Below are positions 38,620 through 49,444 of a DNA stretch of 64,000 bases, piece by piece. Location: the NCBI GenBank assembly GCA_945861645.1, contig CAMAVZ010000005.1, positions 15,200 through 79,199 on the forward strand, given 5' to 3'. The stretch comes from Opitutus sp. GAS368 (GTDB lineage: Bacteria; Verrucomicrobiota; Verrucomicrobiia; Opitutales; Opitutaceae). Under the pieces are notes generated by a model, which saw only the letters and a program-made list of their open reading frames with translations, was not told where the DNA came from and did no database searches. How positions within the stretch are numbered: position 1 is the stretch's first letter; the number at the start of each line of letters is the position of its first letter. The position numbers and the translations under genes were made by a program.

Positions 38620-41600
38620 TTAACTTAAAATTAGGCGGAGGCTTTCTAGGTCGAGCGTGGTCGCCAAAGACTCTTCCTGAATAACCGCTGCCGCCATTGT
38701 CGCTTTATCCTGTTGGAGGGCGCGGATTTTTTCTTCCACGGTGCCGCGCGCCAGCAAGCGGTAAGCAATCACTTGATTGCGTTGGCCAATTCGATGGGTG
38801 CGGTCAATGGCTTGGGCCTCCACGGCCGGATTCCACCAGGGATCGTACAGGACCACATAGCTGGCGGCGGTAAGGTTGAGACCTGAACCAGCGGCCTTAA
38901 GGGAAAGTAAAAATACCGGTATGGTGGGATCGGTTTGAAAGCGGTCGACGAGCGCTTGGCGGTTTTCTGTCTGCCCAGTGAGGATGAGGTGAGGGATTTC
39001 CCGCGCGGTCAGCTCGGCCTGAATTAATTCGAGCATAGAGACAAATTGCGAGAACACCAAAACCTTATGCCCTTCGGCGACGAGGGGCTCCAAAGTTTCG
39101 AGGAGCGCATCAAGTTTAGCGCTCGAGGGAGCTTGACCGCTCGCGGACCCCCCCGCGAGGAGGCGAGGGTCGCAACAAATTTGGCGAAGGCGGAGTAACG
39201 ATTGAAGAATATTGAAGCGTTGGGCCTCGAACTCGCGTGCGCCTTGAACGCCCAGCAAGATTTGGCGTGCGCGCTTTAATTCTACATCATATAAAGTCCG
39301 CTGAGGCCCTTCGAGTTCGCAGACAATTTCCTCTTCGATCCGTGGCGGTAGGTCTCGGGCCACTTGAGATTTAGCCCGGCGAAGGAGGAAGTGACGCACG
39401 CGCGCAGCGAGCCGCGTGCGCACGCTGGTGGGGTCTACCCGTTCATCATACAGGCGTTTAAAGGCGCTCTGGGTGCTGAGCAACCCAGGCATGGCAAAAG
39501 CGAATAAACTCCAAAGATCGAGCAACCGATTTTCAACCGGGGTGCCAGTTAAGACCACCCGATGAGAGGCGCGCAGGGCGCGGGCGGCTTGCGCGGTTGC
39601 ACTGCCGGGATTCTTAATATTTTGGCCCTCATCGAGAATGACCGCATCCCAATAGACGGCGGCAAAATTAGCTGCGTTGAGTCGTAATTGAGCGTAATTT
39701 GCAATGATGAGCTGGCTCCCCTGCTTATTGGTTAGAATCTGTGGGAGCGCAGGGTCGAATACCGTGGGGTGTAGGGTAGGCGCAAAGCGAGCGGCTTCGA
39801 GGGGCCAATTAGTCGTGACCGATTTTGGACACACGACGAGGGCCCGAAAGGGTTTTTCTGGATCACGCTCGGCGAGCCAAACGAGCCAGGTGAGGGCCTG
39901 GACCGTTTTACCTAGACCCATATCATCAGCGAGCACCCCGCCCAAGCCGTGAACTGAAAGCCAGGCGAGAAACTCAAAACCTTCTCGTTGATAAGGGCGG
40001 AGGGTGGCGGTGATGGCTGCGGGCACCGCGGGAGGCGGCACGGCGCGTAACTCAATCGCCCGCTGCCGTAATTGCTCCCAAGCCCGGGTATCAAAGACTT
40101 GGCATAAGCTTTCATCACCAGCTAACTGCAGGGCGTGATAACGATGATGTTCACCGGCCGTCGGGTTTTCTGCGAGACCGAGCGCGAGTAGACGGGCTTG
40201 CTGGGCTTCATCAGTTCCGATGGCGAGGCGGCGCCAACCTTTACCCTCCAGACGCACAAAGCCTCCGCGAGCCGCGAGGAGTAAAGCCACTTCAGCTTTT
40301 GTGAGGGTGGTATCAGCTGCGCGCACAATCAAACGGACATCGAACCAGTCGCGCGCATGGCTATCAGGTTCAACCTCGAGGGCAAAAATAGCGGCATCAG
40401 CCGCGCGGACCAGTCCAGCGAGTTCGTCGGTGGCTTCTAACACCGTGTTAGCAGGTAGCGTGGCGATCCAATCGGAAAGATCATCGGCAAACGTCGCGGT
40501 AACGGGGCGCTGCCAGCAAGGCTGCTGGGGGTGTTCAGCAGACCACTGTAAACCGAAGTGTAAGAAAGGCGCGACCGCGGCTTGAGCCGGGGCGTGGTCA
40601 TAGCTAACGAGAGATTCTCCTTCGCTGGGTGTTGGGGTCGACGAGGCGGTGATTTCGCGCCAGCCGGTCGGCGTGTAACGCTCGCGGTGAGTGCCATCGG
40701 GCGTGAGAGTAGTGAGCTCAACGTTGAGTAACTCTTGTGATTCAGCCTCGTCGTACTTGCCAACGGCTCCCGGGCGAAATTCCAAAGATAAGCGGAGGTG
40801 GGGGCGCAACGGTTCTTCGCGCACGGGCCGCTGAAATTCAGCTGGAATCCGCGTCCCTGAGCGCAGGAAAAAACTCATGGCGGCTGGCAAAGTGAGTAAA
40901 GTGCGCGGTAAAGCCACAGGCATGGTGGGATCGGCGGCCACATCCGGATCAGTGACACCTTTTTTCTCCGCGAGCGGCAGTGGACCGCGATAAACTGTCG
41001 AGTCGTGCAAATAGAGCGGGGTCGGTAACCCCTCTAAGAGAATTAAAGGGCTGGGAGTGGGGAAGCCATCAGCGCAGGTTAAGATAGCTTCGAGTTCATT
41101 GGCCTCACCCACGCGCGCGCGCAGGGTCCAAACAAAAGCTGTCGGGGAGAGCGTGAGCGCGGCGCGGTCGGCGCCCACGAGGCAACTGCGAGCTAAGGGA
41201 TCCGTCAGAGCGGCGTGGAGGGCGGCGCGAAATTCGCGCGCTTTGGGGGTGGGCTGAACGGAGCCGTGTAGAAATACCGCATCCCGAAAAGCTAAGGCGA
41301 GCCGCAGCGCGGGTTCCGCAAAAAATAACGGAAGTTGCCGAGAATCGCTTAACCACTGGCGGAGGGTCTCGGGATGTAATTCTTCCCAAACGGTCAGCGC
41401 GGTGATGCGGGTTTCCCAACGCCAAGCGCGATCGTTTAAGCGCAAACGTAATTCATGTTGGGGGGGGCGCGGTAATTCATCCGCCGCGACGGCGGCCGGC
41501 AAAGCCGCTTGCAGTTGTTCAAAACGGCGCGTCCATTCCTGTCGATTCTGGGTATTTTCACGCGCGGCAATCCGCGCTTCGGTGGCCGCTTGGTCAGCCA

Positions 41601-42288
41601 GAGGGAGAATAAATTCTGGTAAGGGCAGTTGGCGGCGCTGTAAGGCCACGGCAAGAAACGACCACAACTCTAAGGGGGTGGTTGGCGGCTGGTCGCGTTC
41701 CCACCAACCTTCACACCAGGGTTGCTCATTATAACCATAAGCGAAATGCCGGTGCGAAGGGGGCAGTAACCAACTCAGCGAATACGGATCAAGCTGGCCG
41801 CCTTGTAATAGCAGCGCATGGGTTTCCGCGAGCCGGCGCAGCCAAGTCTGCTCCGTCCGCTTCAGGGTGCGCCCAAGAGCTTTAGCGACGTGGGCCGTGA
41901 GTGATTCGCTGACCGCGGGGGCAGCTGCGGATAAAGCTTCTTCGGCGGGAGCTTCCCGCAAGCGATCAAGGAGGGCTAAGCCTGCAGCATAAACGTGCTT
42001 ACAATTAACCTCGACCGTACAGGTGCAAACAGAAGCCCAACCATGCGCGGCGTCGTGATCAAAACGAATCGAATATAGCTCAGTGCCTTGAACTTTAGCG
42101 AGCGCGCGGGTGTTAATAATGCGCAGCGCGCGAACCCGGCCTTCTCGTTGATAAGTTTTACCGCGTTGCCGCTGGGCGGAAGCAAAGGTTCCAAGCCAAG
42201 CCGCTAATTCGTCCGCGTGGCGGGCGAGGGCACTATCGGTGGTGTGAAGAGGATGACTGGAGGAGGACAAGGGTGAGAACCAAGACAA
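38620..42288 (-). CDS. SWIM zinc finger + SNF2-family helicase/ATPase
   Basis: CTC...CKH SWIM; LRPYQREG, LADDMGLGKT, DEGQ, LTGTPVEN, LLRLRQICC, VFSQF, LNLTAA, DPWWNP, DRTHRIGQ. Confidence 0.92.
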   Translation of the reverse strand: MSWFSPLSSSSHPLHTTDSALARHADELAAWLGTFASAQRQRGKTYQREGRVRALRIINTRALAKVQGTELYSIRFDHDAAHGWASVCTCTVEVNCKHVYAAGLALLDRLREAPAEEALSAAAPAVSESLTAHVAKALGRTLKRTEQTWLRRLAETHALLLQGGQLDPYSLSWLLPPSHRHFAYGYNEQPWCEGWWERDQPPTTPLELWSFLAVALQRRQLPLPEFILPLADQAATEARIAARENTQNRQEWTRRFEQLQAALPAAVAADELPRPPQHELRLRLNDRAWRWETRITALTVWEELHPETLRQWLSDSRQLPLFFAEPALRLALAFRDAVFLHGSVQPTPKAREFRAALHAALTDPLARSCLVGADRAALTLSPTAFVWTLRARVGEANELEAILTCADGFPTPSPLILLEGLPTPLYLHDSTVYRGPLPLAEKKGVTDPDVAADPTMPVALPRTLLTLPAAMSFFLRSGTRIPAEFQRPVREEPLRPHLRLSLEFRPGAVGKYDEAESQELLNVELTTLTPDGTHRERYTPTGWREITASSTPTPSEGESLVSYDHAPAQAAVAPFLHFGLQWSAEHPQQPCWQRPVTATFADDLSDWIATLPANTVLEATDELAGLVRAADAAIFALEVEPDSHARDWFDVRLIVRAADTTLTKAEVALLLAARGGFVRLEGKGWRRLAIGTDEAQQARLLALGLAENPTAGEHHRYHALQLAGDESLCQVFDTRAWEQLRQRAIELRAVPPPAVPAAITATLRPYQREGFEFLAWLSVHGLGGVLADDMGLGKTVQALTWLVWLAERDPEKPFRALVVCPKSVTTNWPLEAARFAPTLHPTVFDPALPQILTNKQGSQLIIANYAQLRLNAANFAAVYWDAVILDEGQNIKNPGSATAQAARALRASHRVVLTGTPVENRLLDLWSLFAFAMPGLLSTQSAFKRLYDERVDPTSVRTRLAARVRHFLLRRAKSQVARDLPPRIEEEIVCELEGPQRTLYDVELKRARQILLGVQGAREFEAQRFNILQSLLRLRQICCDPRLLAGGSASGQAPSSAKLDALLETLEPLVAEGHKVLVFSQFVSMLELIQAELTAREIPHLILTGQTENRQALVDRFQTDPTIPVFLLSLKAAGSGLNLTAASYVVLYDPWWNPAVEAQAIDRTHRIGQRNQVIAYRLLARGTVEEKIRALQQDKATMAAAVIQEESLATTLDLESLRLILS

Positions 42289-42388
42289 GAAAGTGACAAA
42301 GCGCCAGCTTGACCTGCGTTTATTACAGAAAGTTCCGCAGGGGCATCAAGACCGCAGCACCCACCGAAAAAAACCTCAACCGCCGGGC

Positions 42389-43915
42389 TCAATAGACGTG
42401 TTCGTCCAGCAGCGCAAATAATTCAGCCTCCGTAATGCGTTTTTGCTGCATGGAATCACGCTCGCGCAAGGTAAAGGTGTCGCCCGGTTTTTCGACCGTA
42501 TCAAAATCAATGGTTACACACCAAGGGGTGCCCGCTTCATCTTGGCGCCGGTAGCGTTTACCAATGGCACCCCCATCGTCATAGAAAACCGCATATTTGC
42601 GCTTCAACTTGGTGTACAAGTCGCGCGCACGGCCCACGAGAAGCTCTTTATTTTTAATGAGCGGAAGGACGGCCACCTTAAAGGGAGCGAGGCGGGGCGA
42701 GAGCCGCAGCACGGTCCGTGGTTCAACGTTGCCCTTTTCATCCGGCACGTCTTCGACGGCGTAGGCGGCGCAAAGCACGGCGAGGAGGATACGATCTACC
42801 CCCACCGCCGGTTCAATAACATGCGGCACAAATTTTTTCTTCGTCGTTTCGTCAAAAATCTCCTGGGGCTTACCGGAAGCCGTGGCGTGTTGGGTCAGGT
42901 CGTAATTGCCGCGGGCAGCGATCCCCCAAAGCTCCTGCACCCCGAAAGGATACTTAAACATGATATCCACCGTGCCCCGAGAATAGAACGCCAGTTTCTC
43001 CTTCGGGTGAGTGTAGCGGGAAAGGTGGGTATCGGGCAGGCCAACACTCTTTAGCCAAGTTTCACACCAGACGATCCACTCTTCATGGCATTTAGCCCAG
43101 TCGGCATCCTCATGGATGAAATACTCCATCTCCATTTGTTCAAATTCCCGCGAGCGAAAGATGAAATTACGCGGGGTGATCTCATTGCGGAATGACTTGC
43201 CGATTTGCGCGATACCAAAAGGCAGTTTTACGCGCGTCGTATCCACAACGTTCTTAAAATCGACGAACATACCTTGAGCCGTCTCGGGTCGCAGGTAAGC
43301 GACCGACGAGGCATCACTCATCGCGCCAACATTCGTTTGGAACATCATGTTAAACGCGCGCGGAGCGGTTAGGCTGCCGGTCTCGCCTGTGGCGGGAGAG
43401 GGAATTAAAGCAATTTCGCCTTCTTGAGCTTCGGTAAAATCCTTGGGGGTGACTGGCGCGAGGGTGCCTTGGAGGGCCTTTTTGCGTTTAAAGGACTCAG
43501 CGGCCGCCTGCAGGTCCGCGGTGGTCTTTTCGCTTTCGAGGGCCGAGACGTATCCAACTTTTTTTCCATCGACGATTACTGGGGAGAAAAAGAGTTGATC
43601 CGCCCGGTAGCGCAGCTTGGAAACCTTACAATCAACGAGAGGATCGGTGAAGCCCGCGACGTGGCCCGAAGCTTCCCAAACCTTGGGGTGCATAATAATA
43701 GACGACTCAAGGCCTACAATATCTTCACGCCGCCGCACCATATCATTCCACCAGCAGTCGCGGATGTTCTTCTTAAGCTCCACGCCGAGGGGACCGTAGT
43801 CGAAAAAACCGTTGAAGCCGCCGTAAATTTCGGAGGAGGCGTAAATAAAGCCTCGGCGCTTCGCGAGCGAAACGATGGCTTCCATGAGGTTGGTGGGTTC
43901 GACAGAGCTAGACAT
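42389..43915 (-). CDS. glyQS: Glycine--tRNA ligase, homodimeric (alpha2) type
   Basis: SEIYGG, DYGPLG, LRPETAQG, FRNEITP, REFEQME, VIEPAVG, IGKRYRRQDE; start may be GTG 43936. Confidence 0.96.
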   Translation of the reverse strand: MSSSVEPTNLMEAIVSLAKRRGFIYASSEIYGGFNGFFDYGPLGVELKKNIRDCWWNDMVRRREDIVGLESSIIMHPKVWEASGHVAGFTDPLVDCKVSKLRYRADQLFFSPVIVDGKKVGYVSALESEKTTADLQAAAESFKRKKALQGTLAPVTPKDFTEAQEGEIALIPSPATGETGSLTAPRAFNMMFQTNVGAMSDASSVAYLRPETAQGMFVDFKNVVDTTRVKLPFGIAQIGKSFRNEITPRNFIFRSREFEQMEMEYFIHEDADWAKCHEEWIVWCETWLKSVGLPDTHLSRYTHPKEKLAFYSRGTVDIMFKYPFGVQELWGIAARGNYDLTQHATASGKPQEIFDETTKKKFVPHVIEPAVGVDRILLAVLCAAYAVEDVPDEKGNVEPRTVLRLSPRLAPFKVAVLPLIKNKELLVGRARDLYTKLKRKYAVFYDDGGAIGKRYRRQDEAGTPWCVTIDFDTVEKPGDTFTLRERDSMQQKRITEAELFALLDEHVY

Positions 43916-44018
43916 CAGAGAGGCAACCGTTGCCACGCTAAGGGAGGGCGGTCAATGCCGCGTTACACGGCTAACTTCACGCTTGCGGGGTGAGGCGGGC
44001 GGGTAACCGTGACGGGTG

Positions 44019-44468
44019 ATGAAAGCCTCTTTTACGCCTAAAGAATATCGGCAACTCCTTGAGCTCGTCCATCTCGGGATGTGGGCGGTGACGGGTTATC
44101 AGGGGGAAGACACCGCGGCGGCGAAGCGGTATTTTAATTTTGATCAAAAACTCCTCGATTTAGCGGCGACGCTCGGGTGCGCCGACCTAGTAGAGAAAAA
44201 TGCCGATGGCACCTTACAGCCCGCCTCTAAACTCGCGGAAGATGAACGGATTCGAGAAATTCAAAGTGAATTTCAAAATGACACGTTTTGGCACGAAATC
44301 GTCTCCCGTTTAGCTGATCGTGATTTAGCTGGGGATCAAGCCAAGCGGACGCTAGAGCCGCCCCTTTCTACGGATGAACGCTTAAAAAAAATCGAAGACC
44401 GTTACTGGAAGGAATTTGAAAAAAATGATCTCGCGAGCTTGATCGTTTTACGTGGCGGCCGTGGCTGA
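44019..44468 (+). CDS. Hypothetical protein
   Basis: 149-aa helical ORF with plausible composition, divergent from glyQS. Confidence 0.75.
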   Translation: MKASFTPKEYRQLLELVHLGMWAVTGYQGEDTAAAKRYFNFDQKLLDLAATLGCADLVEKNADGTLQPASKLAEDERIREIQSEFQNDTFWHEIVSRLADRDLAGDQAKRTLEPPLSTDERLKKIEDRYWKEFEKNDLASLIVLRGGRG

Positions 44469-44524
44469 GGCGGCATAAAATGACAAGATTGCGGTCGGCG
44501 GCGAGCCGCCCCATTCCTTAAGGC

Positions 44525-45085
44525 ATGAAAATATTTACCCCCTGGCTGGTTGCCTTATTGTTGCCTTTGGCGAGTGGCGCCGCGGAGCGAACCCTGAAAA
44601 TAGATCCCACGCGCTCCTTTATCGATATCGATGTCAAGGCCACGGCGGGTTCATTCACCGGCCACCTCGATCACTACGACGCGAAGATTAAGTTGGACGC
44701 CAATGGCAAGATTAAGGGAGCAATTTTTAGTTTTAATTTTACCGATCTCAAAACCGGCAAGATCGATCGCGATACCGCGATGTTAAAATGGCTGGGCGGA
44801 AGCTTATTGGAGGGTCGTTTTGAGATGGGCAATCTCGCCCTAATGCCCGACGGCCAAGGGCAGGTATCCGGCCGGCTTACGCTCCATGGGGTAACCGAGC
44901 GCGTTGAATTTCCCGTTAATTTAACCAAGCTTGATGATACTTATACGCTGACAGGGGAGACCCTGATTGATCATCGATCGTGGAAGCTAAAAATTATCCG
45001 ATTGGCCTATATCGCCAAAGTTGATCCGGAGGTGAAGGTACGCTTCAAGCTCACTGGGCAAGTCAGTGTGGTTAGTGAAAAATAA
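44525..45085 (+). CDS. YceI family protein
   Basis: Signal peptide, IDPTRS, LKTG..DRD, GRLTLHGVT. Confidence 0.85.
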   Translation: MKIFTPWLVALLLPLASGAAERTLKIDPTRSFIDIDVKATAGSFTGHLDHYDAKIKLDANGKIKGAIFSFNFTDLKTGKIDRDTAMLKWLGGSLLEGRFEMGNLALMPDGQGQVSGRLTLHGVTERVEFPVNLTKLDDTYTLTGETLIDHRSWKLKIIRLAYIAKVDPEVKVRFKLTGQVSVVSEK

Positions 45086-45124
45086 TTGAATCACTTGGCT
45101 TCTGCGCAGGGAGATTAACCAGCC

Positions 45125-45544
45125 ATGCAGACAAAAACCATTAATCAATTAGCCGTCGGCTTATCCTTCACGGCTGGTGCGCTCGATTTTTGTACGGGGT
45201 TAGGTTTCATAGGTGCTCCCGCGCTGATGTTGCACCTGATGGGGGTGAAGGAAGTTTACGGGGATTTGGTTTATTTACGCTTTGTGGGGGCCTTTGTTTT
45301 TGCCGTCGGCACGAGTTATTTATGGGCTTGGCGCGGTTGGCGATTGACCGGAAAAGGGACGCTACTCCGCGCGACTCTAGAAATAACCATAATCTTCCGC
45401 TTAGCGGCGGGCGCTTTTGCGGCGTGGGCTATTTTGCGTGGTTGGTTGGTGCCCGCTTGGGCGAGTGTCACGCTGGTCGATTTTGGTTTGGCGATGACCC
45501 AAGCTTGGTTGCTCCGGCGGGGCGCTTTTTTATCAAGCGAATAA
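45125..45544 (+). CDS. Hypothetical membrane protein
   Basis: 139-aa ORF with four TM segments. Confidence 0.72.
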   Translation: MQTKTINQLAVGLSFTAGALDFCTGLGFIGAPALMLHLMGVKEVYGDLVYLRFVGAFVFAVGTSYLWAWRGWRLTGKGTLLRATLEITIIFRLAAGAFAAWAILRGWLVPAWASVTLVDFGLAMTQAWLLRRGAFLSSE

Positions 45545-45653
45545 CCGAGTTAATCGATTCGTGCGGCCAAGGAATCGGCGGCGCATTTAATCCGGCGACA
45601 GCTAGCCGGCTGACCGCCCCACCCTAATGAGTGAAAAGTGGACGGCGCTTAAA

Positions 45654-46265
45654 TTATTTCTTTGGGGCGTGGCGCTTTGCCAGCACCGCCACCGCCGTAT
45701 GGAGCGAAAGCTTTTTAACGCGCAGCAAGACGATGAGATGATAAAGCAGATCCGCCGCTTCACCGGTGAATGCTTTTTGATTAGAACCGAGCGCAGCCAA
45801 AGCGGTTTCGACGCCTTCTTCACCTACTTTTTGCGCGCAACGCGTCACCCCTTCTTTTGCTAAGCGTACCGTATAACTTTGTTTATCTCCGCGCTTAATT
45901 CGATCGGCCACGATTCGGTCGAGGTGCGCGAGAAAACCAATACCCGTAGCCCCGTCGTTGCCGAAGCAACTGGGCGTGTCGCGGTGACAGGTGGGGCCAT
46001 CAGGACGGGCGGTGATGAGAATCGTGTCATGATCGCAATCGACCTGGAGGCTAACGAGGTGGAGGAAGTTTTTTGACGACTCGCCCTTGGTCCAGAGCCG
46101 CTGCTTACTGCGACTAAAGAAGGTGACGCGTTTGGTCTTAATCGTTTTTTTCAGAGCCGCTGCGTTCATATAGCCCAACATGAGTACTTGCAGAGTGGCG
46201 GCGTCTTGCACGATGGCGGGCACGAGTCCGGAGTCTTTTTTCCAATCAATCTTAGGAAGTTTCAT
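45654..46265 (-). CDS. hisIE: Phosphoribosyl-AMP cyclohydrolase / phosphoribosyl-ATP pyrophosphatase
   Basis: [49 protein letters not shown]. Confidence 0.96.
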   Translation of the reverse strand: MKLPKIDWKKDSGLVPAIVQDAATLQVLMLGYMNAAALKKTIKTKRVTFFSRSKQRLWTKGESSKNFLHLVSLQVDCDHDTILITARPDGPTCHRDTPSCFGNDGATGIGFLAHLDRIVADRIKRGDKQSYTVRLAKEGVTRCAQKVGEEGVETALAALGSNQKAFTGEAADLLYHLIVLLRVKKLSLHTAVAVLAKRHAPKK

Positions 46266-47029
46266 GGGCGGATAGAGAGGTGGTCGGTGATTAGTTGCTT
46301 TTTTAAGAGGGGAATTTTGATGGTGCCTCTGTGGAAAACGGACGCGGCAAGGGCCCCATCGACCCCGGCTTCGCAGAAAACGTCCCGAAAATGTTCCGGG
46401 GTGCCGGCGCCGCCGGACGCGATGAGCGGGATGGTCAGAACAGCCCGCACGAGCTTCAACTGCGCGAGATCATAGCCCTGGCGCATGCCATCTTGGTTCA
46501 TGCAATTCAGGACGACTTCGCCGGCGCCGAGCCGTTGCGCTTCACGGGCCCAGTCGACCGTGCGCCAGCGGGTGGCCTGCGTCTTGTCGGGGTCTCCGGT
46601 GTACTGTTTCACGAAGTAATCATCAGCTTCTTGGCGGCTATCGATACCGACCACGACGCATTGGGATCCAAATTCGTGGGCGAGTTCCGTAATTAAGGCC
46701 GGGTTTTCTAAAGCGGGCGAGTTGAGGGAAATTTTATCGGCGCCGCCGTGAAGAATTTGGCGAGCGCCTGCAAGGGAGCGAATCCCTCCGGCGACACAAA
46801 AAGGAATATCGAGGACGCGCGCGACGCGGGTGACCCAATCGGTGGAGACCGTTCGTCCGTCACTGCTAGCGGTGATATCATAAAACACTAATTCATCCGC
46901 GCCTTCATCACGGTAGCGTTGAGCGAGCTCGATAATATCGCCGACGACCTCATGATCGCGAAACTGGGTGCCTTTGACCACTTGGCCGGCGCGCACATCC
47001 AAACAGGGAATAATTCGCCGGGCTAGCAT
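46262..47029 (-). CDS. hisF: Imidazole glycerol phosphate synthase cyclase subunit
   Basis: [38 protein letters not shown]. Confidence 0.97.
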   Translation of the reverse strand: MLARRIIPCLDVRAGQVVKGTQFRDHEVVGDIIELAQRYRDEGADELVFYDITASSDGRTVSTDWVTRVARVLDIPFCVAGGIRSLAGARQILHGGADKISLNSPALENPALITELAHEFGSQCVVVGIDSRQEADDYFVKQYTGDPDKTQATRWRTVDWAREAQRLGAGEVVLNCMNQDGMRQGYDLAQLKLVRAVLTIPLIASGGAGTPEHFRDVFCEAGVDGALAASVFHRGTIKIPLLKKQLITDHLSIRP

Positions 47030-47787
47030 GCGAGGGCCTCCGCTAAAGTAAATTTATGCTCATAAAGTGCGCGGCCCACAATCGCCCCTGTACTGCCGGT
47101 GGTTTTCAGCATTCGCAAATCGGCCAAAGAAGCCACTCCGCCGGAGGCTTGGATGTGCAGTGCCGGAAATTTTTTCACGAGCTGTGCATAGAGGGCCGAG
47201 TTGGGGCCAGATAATTTCCCGTCGCGGCTGATATCGGTGCAAAGAATATGCCGGAGCCCCGCGGGGAGGAAGCGGTTGATAAAATCATCCAGCGCCAGCC
47301 CCGTGCTTTCTTGCCATCCTGCCGCCGCGACGCGGGGAATGCCGGCCTCATCGAGGCGGACATCAGGCGCCAGGATGATTTGCTCGGGGCCGAAATCTTG
47401 CAGCCAGTCGCGTACCCGTTCCGGTTGTTTGGCCGCGACGCTCCCGATAATAACGCGGTGAGCACCCGCGCGGAGTAAGGCGGTGATTTGGGCAGTCTCG
47501 CGAATGCCCCCGCCGGTTTGCACCTTAAGCTTACTCTCTTGGGCGAGTTGCTCGACGAGGGTCGTTTGGCGCTGAGCGGGGTCTTTCGCGCCATCGAGAT
47601 CAACGACGTGTAACCACGTCGCCCCGGCCGCGGCAAAATCTTGCGCGACCGCGAGCGGATCATGGCCATAAGTTTTTTCTTGATCAAATTTACCTTCGGT
47701 TAAGCGCACGACCCGTCCGCCGCGCAAATCAATGGCGGGATAGATAATCAGGTTCGCTCGCGGCGGGACCGGCGCGGGAAAACTCAT
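47023..47787 (-). CDS. hisA: ProFAR isomerase
   Basis: [35 protein letters not shown]; start at ATG 47787. Confidence 0.96.
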   Translation of the reverse strand: MSFPAPVPPRANLIIYPAIDLRGGRVVRLTEGKFDQEKTYGHDPLAVAQDFAAAGATWLHVVDLDGAKDPAQRQTTLVEQLAQESKLKVQTGGGIRETAQITALLRAGAHRVIIGSVAAKQPERVRDWLQDFGPEQIILAPDVRLDEAGIPRVAAAGWQESTGLALDDFINRFLPAGLRHILCTDISRDGKLSGPNSALYAQLVKKFPALHIQASGGVASLADLRMLKTTGSTGAIVGRALYEHKFTLAEALAC

Positions 47788-48377
47788 CCGCGGCCCTCCA
47801 CGAAATTTTTCAGCAGTCGGGCGCCCGCCACCCCGGAACGTTCGGGATGAAATTGAACTCCGCAAAAATTACCGCGCTGAACGACCGCGGCAAAGGGGAT
47901 GCCATGATCACAACTGGCCACCGTGAACGCATTAATGGGCCCCGCGTAGCTGTGCACAAAATAGAAGCGGGCTTCTTCATCAATTCCTTCGAGCAGGGGG
48001 GCGTTTTTTCCGGAGAGAATTGTATTCCAGCCCATGTGGGGCACTTGAATACCTGGGGCGCAAGGCAGCAGGTCTACTCGGCCCGGAATCAACCCAAGGG
48101 TTTCCGTGGGACCTTCAGCGGAGGATTCAAATAGTAATTGCATGCCCAGACAAACTCCGAGGACGGGTTGAGTTAAGCTGCGTACGCAGTCCACGAGGCC
48201 GCGCTCGTGGAGTTTGCGCATGCCTTCATTGGCCGCGCCGACGCCCGGTAAAATTACGCGGTCGGCTGAGAGAATAATAGCTGGATCCGCCGTGAGCTCG
48301 CTCTGAATGCCGAGCCGATCGAGGGCGAAACGCACCGAGGCGATGTTAGCGCCGCCACTGTCGACGATCGCTAACAT
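47784..48377 (-). CDS. hisH: Imidazole glycerol phosphate synthase glutaminase subunit
   Basis: LPGVG, GVCLGMQ, PHMGWN, YFVHSY, QFHPE. Confidence 0.96.
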   Translation of the reverse strand: MLAIVDSGGANIASVRFALDRLGIQSELTADPAIILSADRVILPGVGAANEGMRKLHERGLVDCVRSLTQPVLGVCLGMQLLFESSAEGPTETLGLIPGRVDLLPCAPGIQVPHMGWNTILSGKNAPLLEGIDEEARFYFVHSYAGPINAFTVASCDHGIPFAAVVQRGNFCGVQFHPERSGVAGARLLKNFVEGRG

Positions 48378-49444
48378 TAGAGAATGCCTTTGGTGCTAGG
48401 GATTTCATGACTGGTGCCGCGCGCAATGGCGGGCCGAAGCGCGCGCCCGAACCCCTTGAAGAGCGTCTCAACCATGTGATGCGTATTATCGCCCTTGACG
48501 CTCATTTGCAGCGTGGCGAGCAGCGCATCACTCACTGAGCGAAAGAAGTGAGCTACAAGTTCAGTCGGCATTTCCCCGACAAATTCACGCGGGAATTTAC
48601 CCTCAAAAGTAAAGTAGGCGCGGCCACTCAGATCGATGGCCACGTGCGCCTGGGCTTCATCCATGGGCAGGACGAAACCATAACGCCCAAGTCCACGTTT
48701 ATCACCGATCGCTTGTTTCAAAGCCTGACCCAGCGCGATCCCGACGTCTTCAATGGTGTGGTGCTCGTCGATCTCAAGGTCACCCGCACAGGTGATGGCA
48801 AGGGTGATGCCCGCATTCTTCGCGATCTGCTCAAGCATGTGGTCAAAAAAGCCGAGCCCGGTGGAAAGCTGGGCGGGGCCGGCCTGATCGAGGTCAACGG
48901 AAACGGTTATCTTAGTTTCTTTAGTGTGGCGTACGACGGTCGCGCGGCGGGGAGCGTCGACTAATTGGCGAGCGATTTCCGTCCAGCCAAGTTTTTTGCG
49001 GTCATAACGTAGCCCGCGACAGCCGAGATTTTGCGCCAGTTGCTCATCGGTTTCGCGGTCGCCGATGACGTAAGATTGTTCCCGCGCCCAGTCGGTCGAT
49101 TTCACGTAATCTGGGAGTAGGCCGAGCTTGGGTTTACGACAGTCGCATTTATCCGCGGCGGTGTGCGGGCACACGCGTACCGCTTCGAAGGAAATGCCTT
49201 GGGAAAGAAGAATATCAATCAGCAGCTTCTGCAGTGGCTTAAACTCTTCTTCACGAAAGCTGGGGGTGCCGAGACCGTCCTGATTAGTGACCATGACCAA
49301 GGTCCAGCCGGCATCGCGTAGGCGAAGCAAGGCGGAGATGGTATCAGGCTCGAGCGCAAATTTTTCGAGGTGGTCAATTTGCTGATCAAACGGCTCCGCG
49401 ATCAGAGTGCCATCACGGTCAATGAATAGGACTTTTTTAGACAC
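48377..49444 (-). CDS. hisB: Bifunctional histidinol-phosphatase / imidazoleglycerol-phosphate dehydratase (HisNB)
   Basis: HAD FIDRDGTL, TNQDGLG, CDCRKP, IGDR; IGPD FFDHML, DEHHTIED, NTHHMVE, PSTKG. Confidence 0.96.
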   Translation of the reverse strand: MSKKVLFIDRDGTLIAEPFDQQIDHLEKFALEPDTISALLRLRDAGWTLVMVTNQDGLGTPSFREEEFKPLQKLLIDILLSQGISFEAVRVCPHTAADKCDCRKPKLGLLPDYVKSTDWAREQSYVIGDRETDEQLAQNLGCRGLRYDRKKLGWTEIARQLVDAPRRATVVRHTKETKITVSVDLDQAGPAQLSTGLGFFDHMLEQIAKNAGITLAITCAGDLEIDEHHTIEDVGIALGQALKQAIGDKRGLGRYGFVLPMDEAQAHVAIDLSGRAYFTFEGKFPREFVGEMPTELVAHFFRSVSDALLATLQMSVKGDNTHHMVETLFKGFGRALRPAIARGTSHEIPSTKGIL

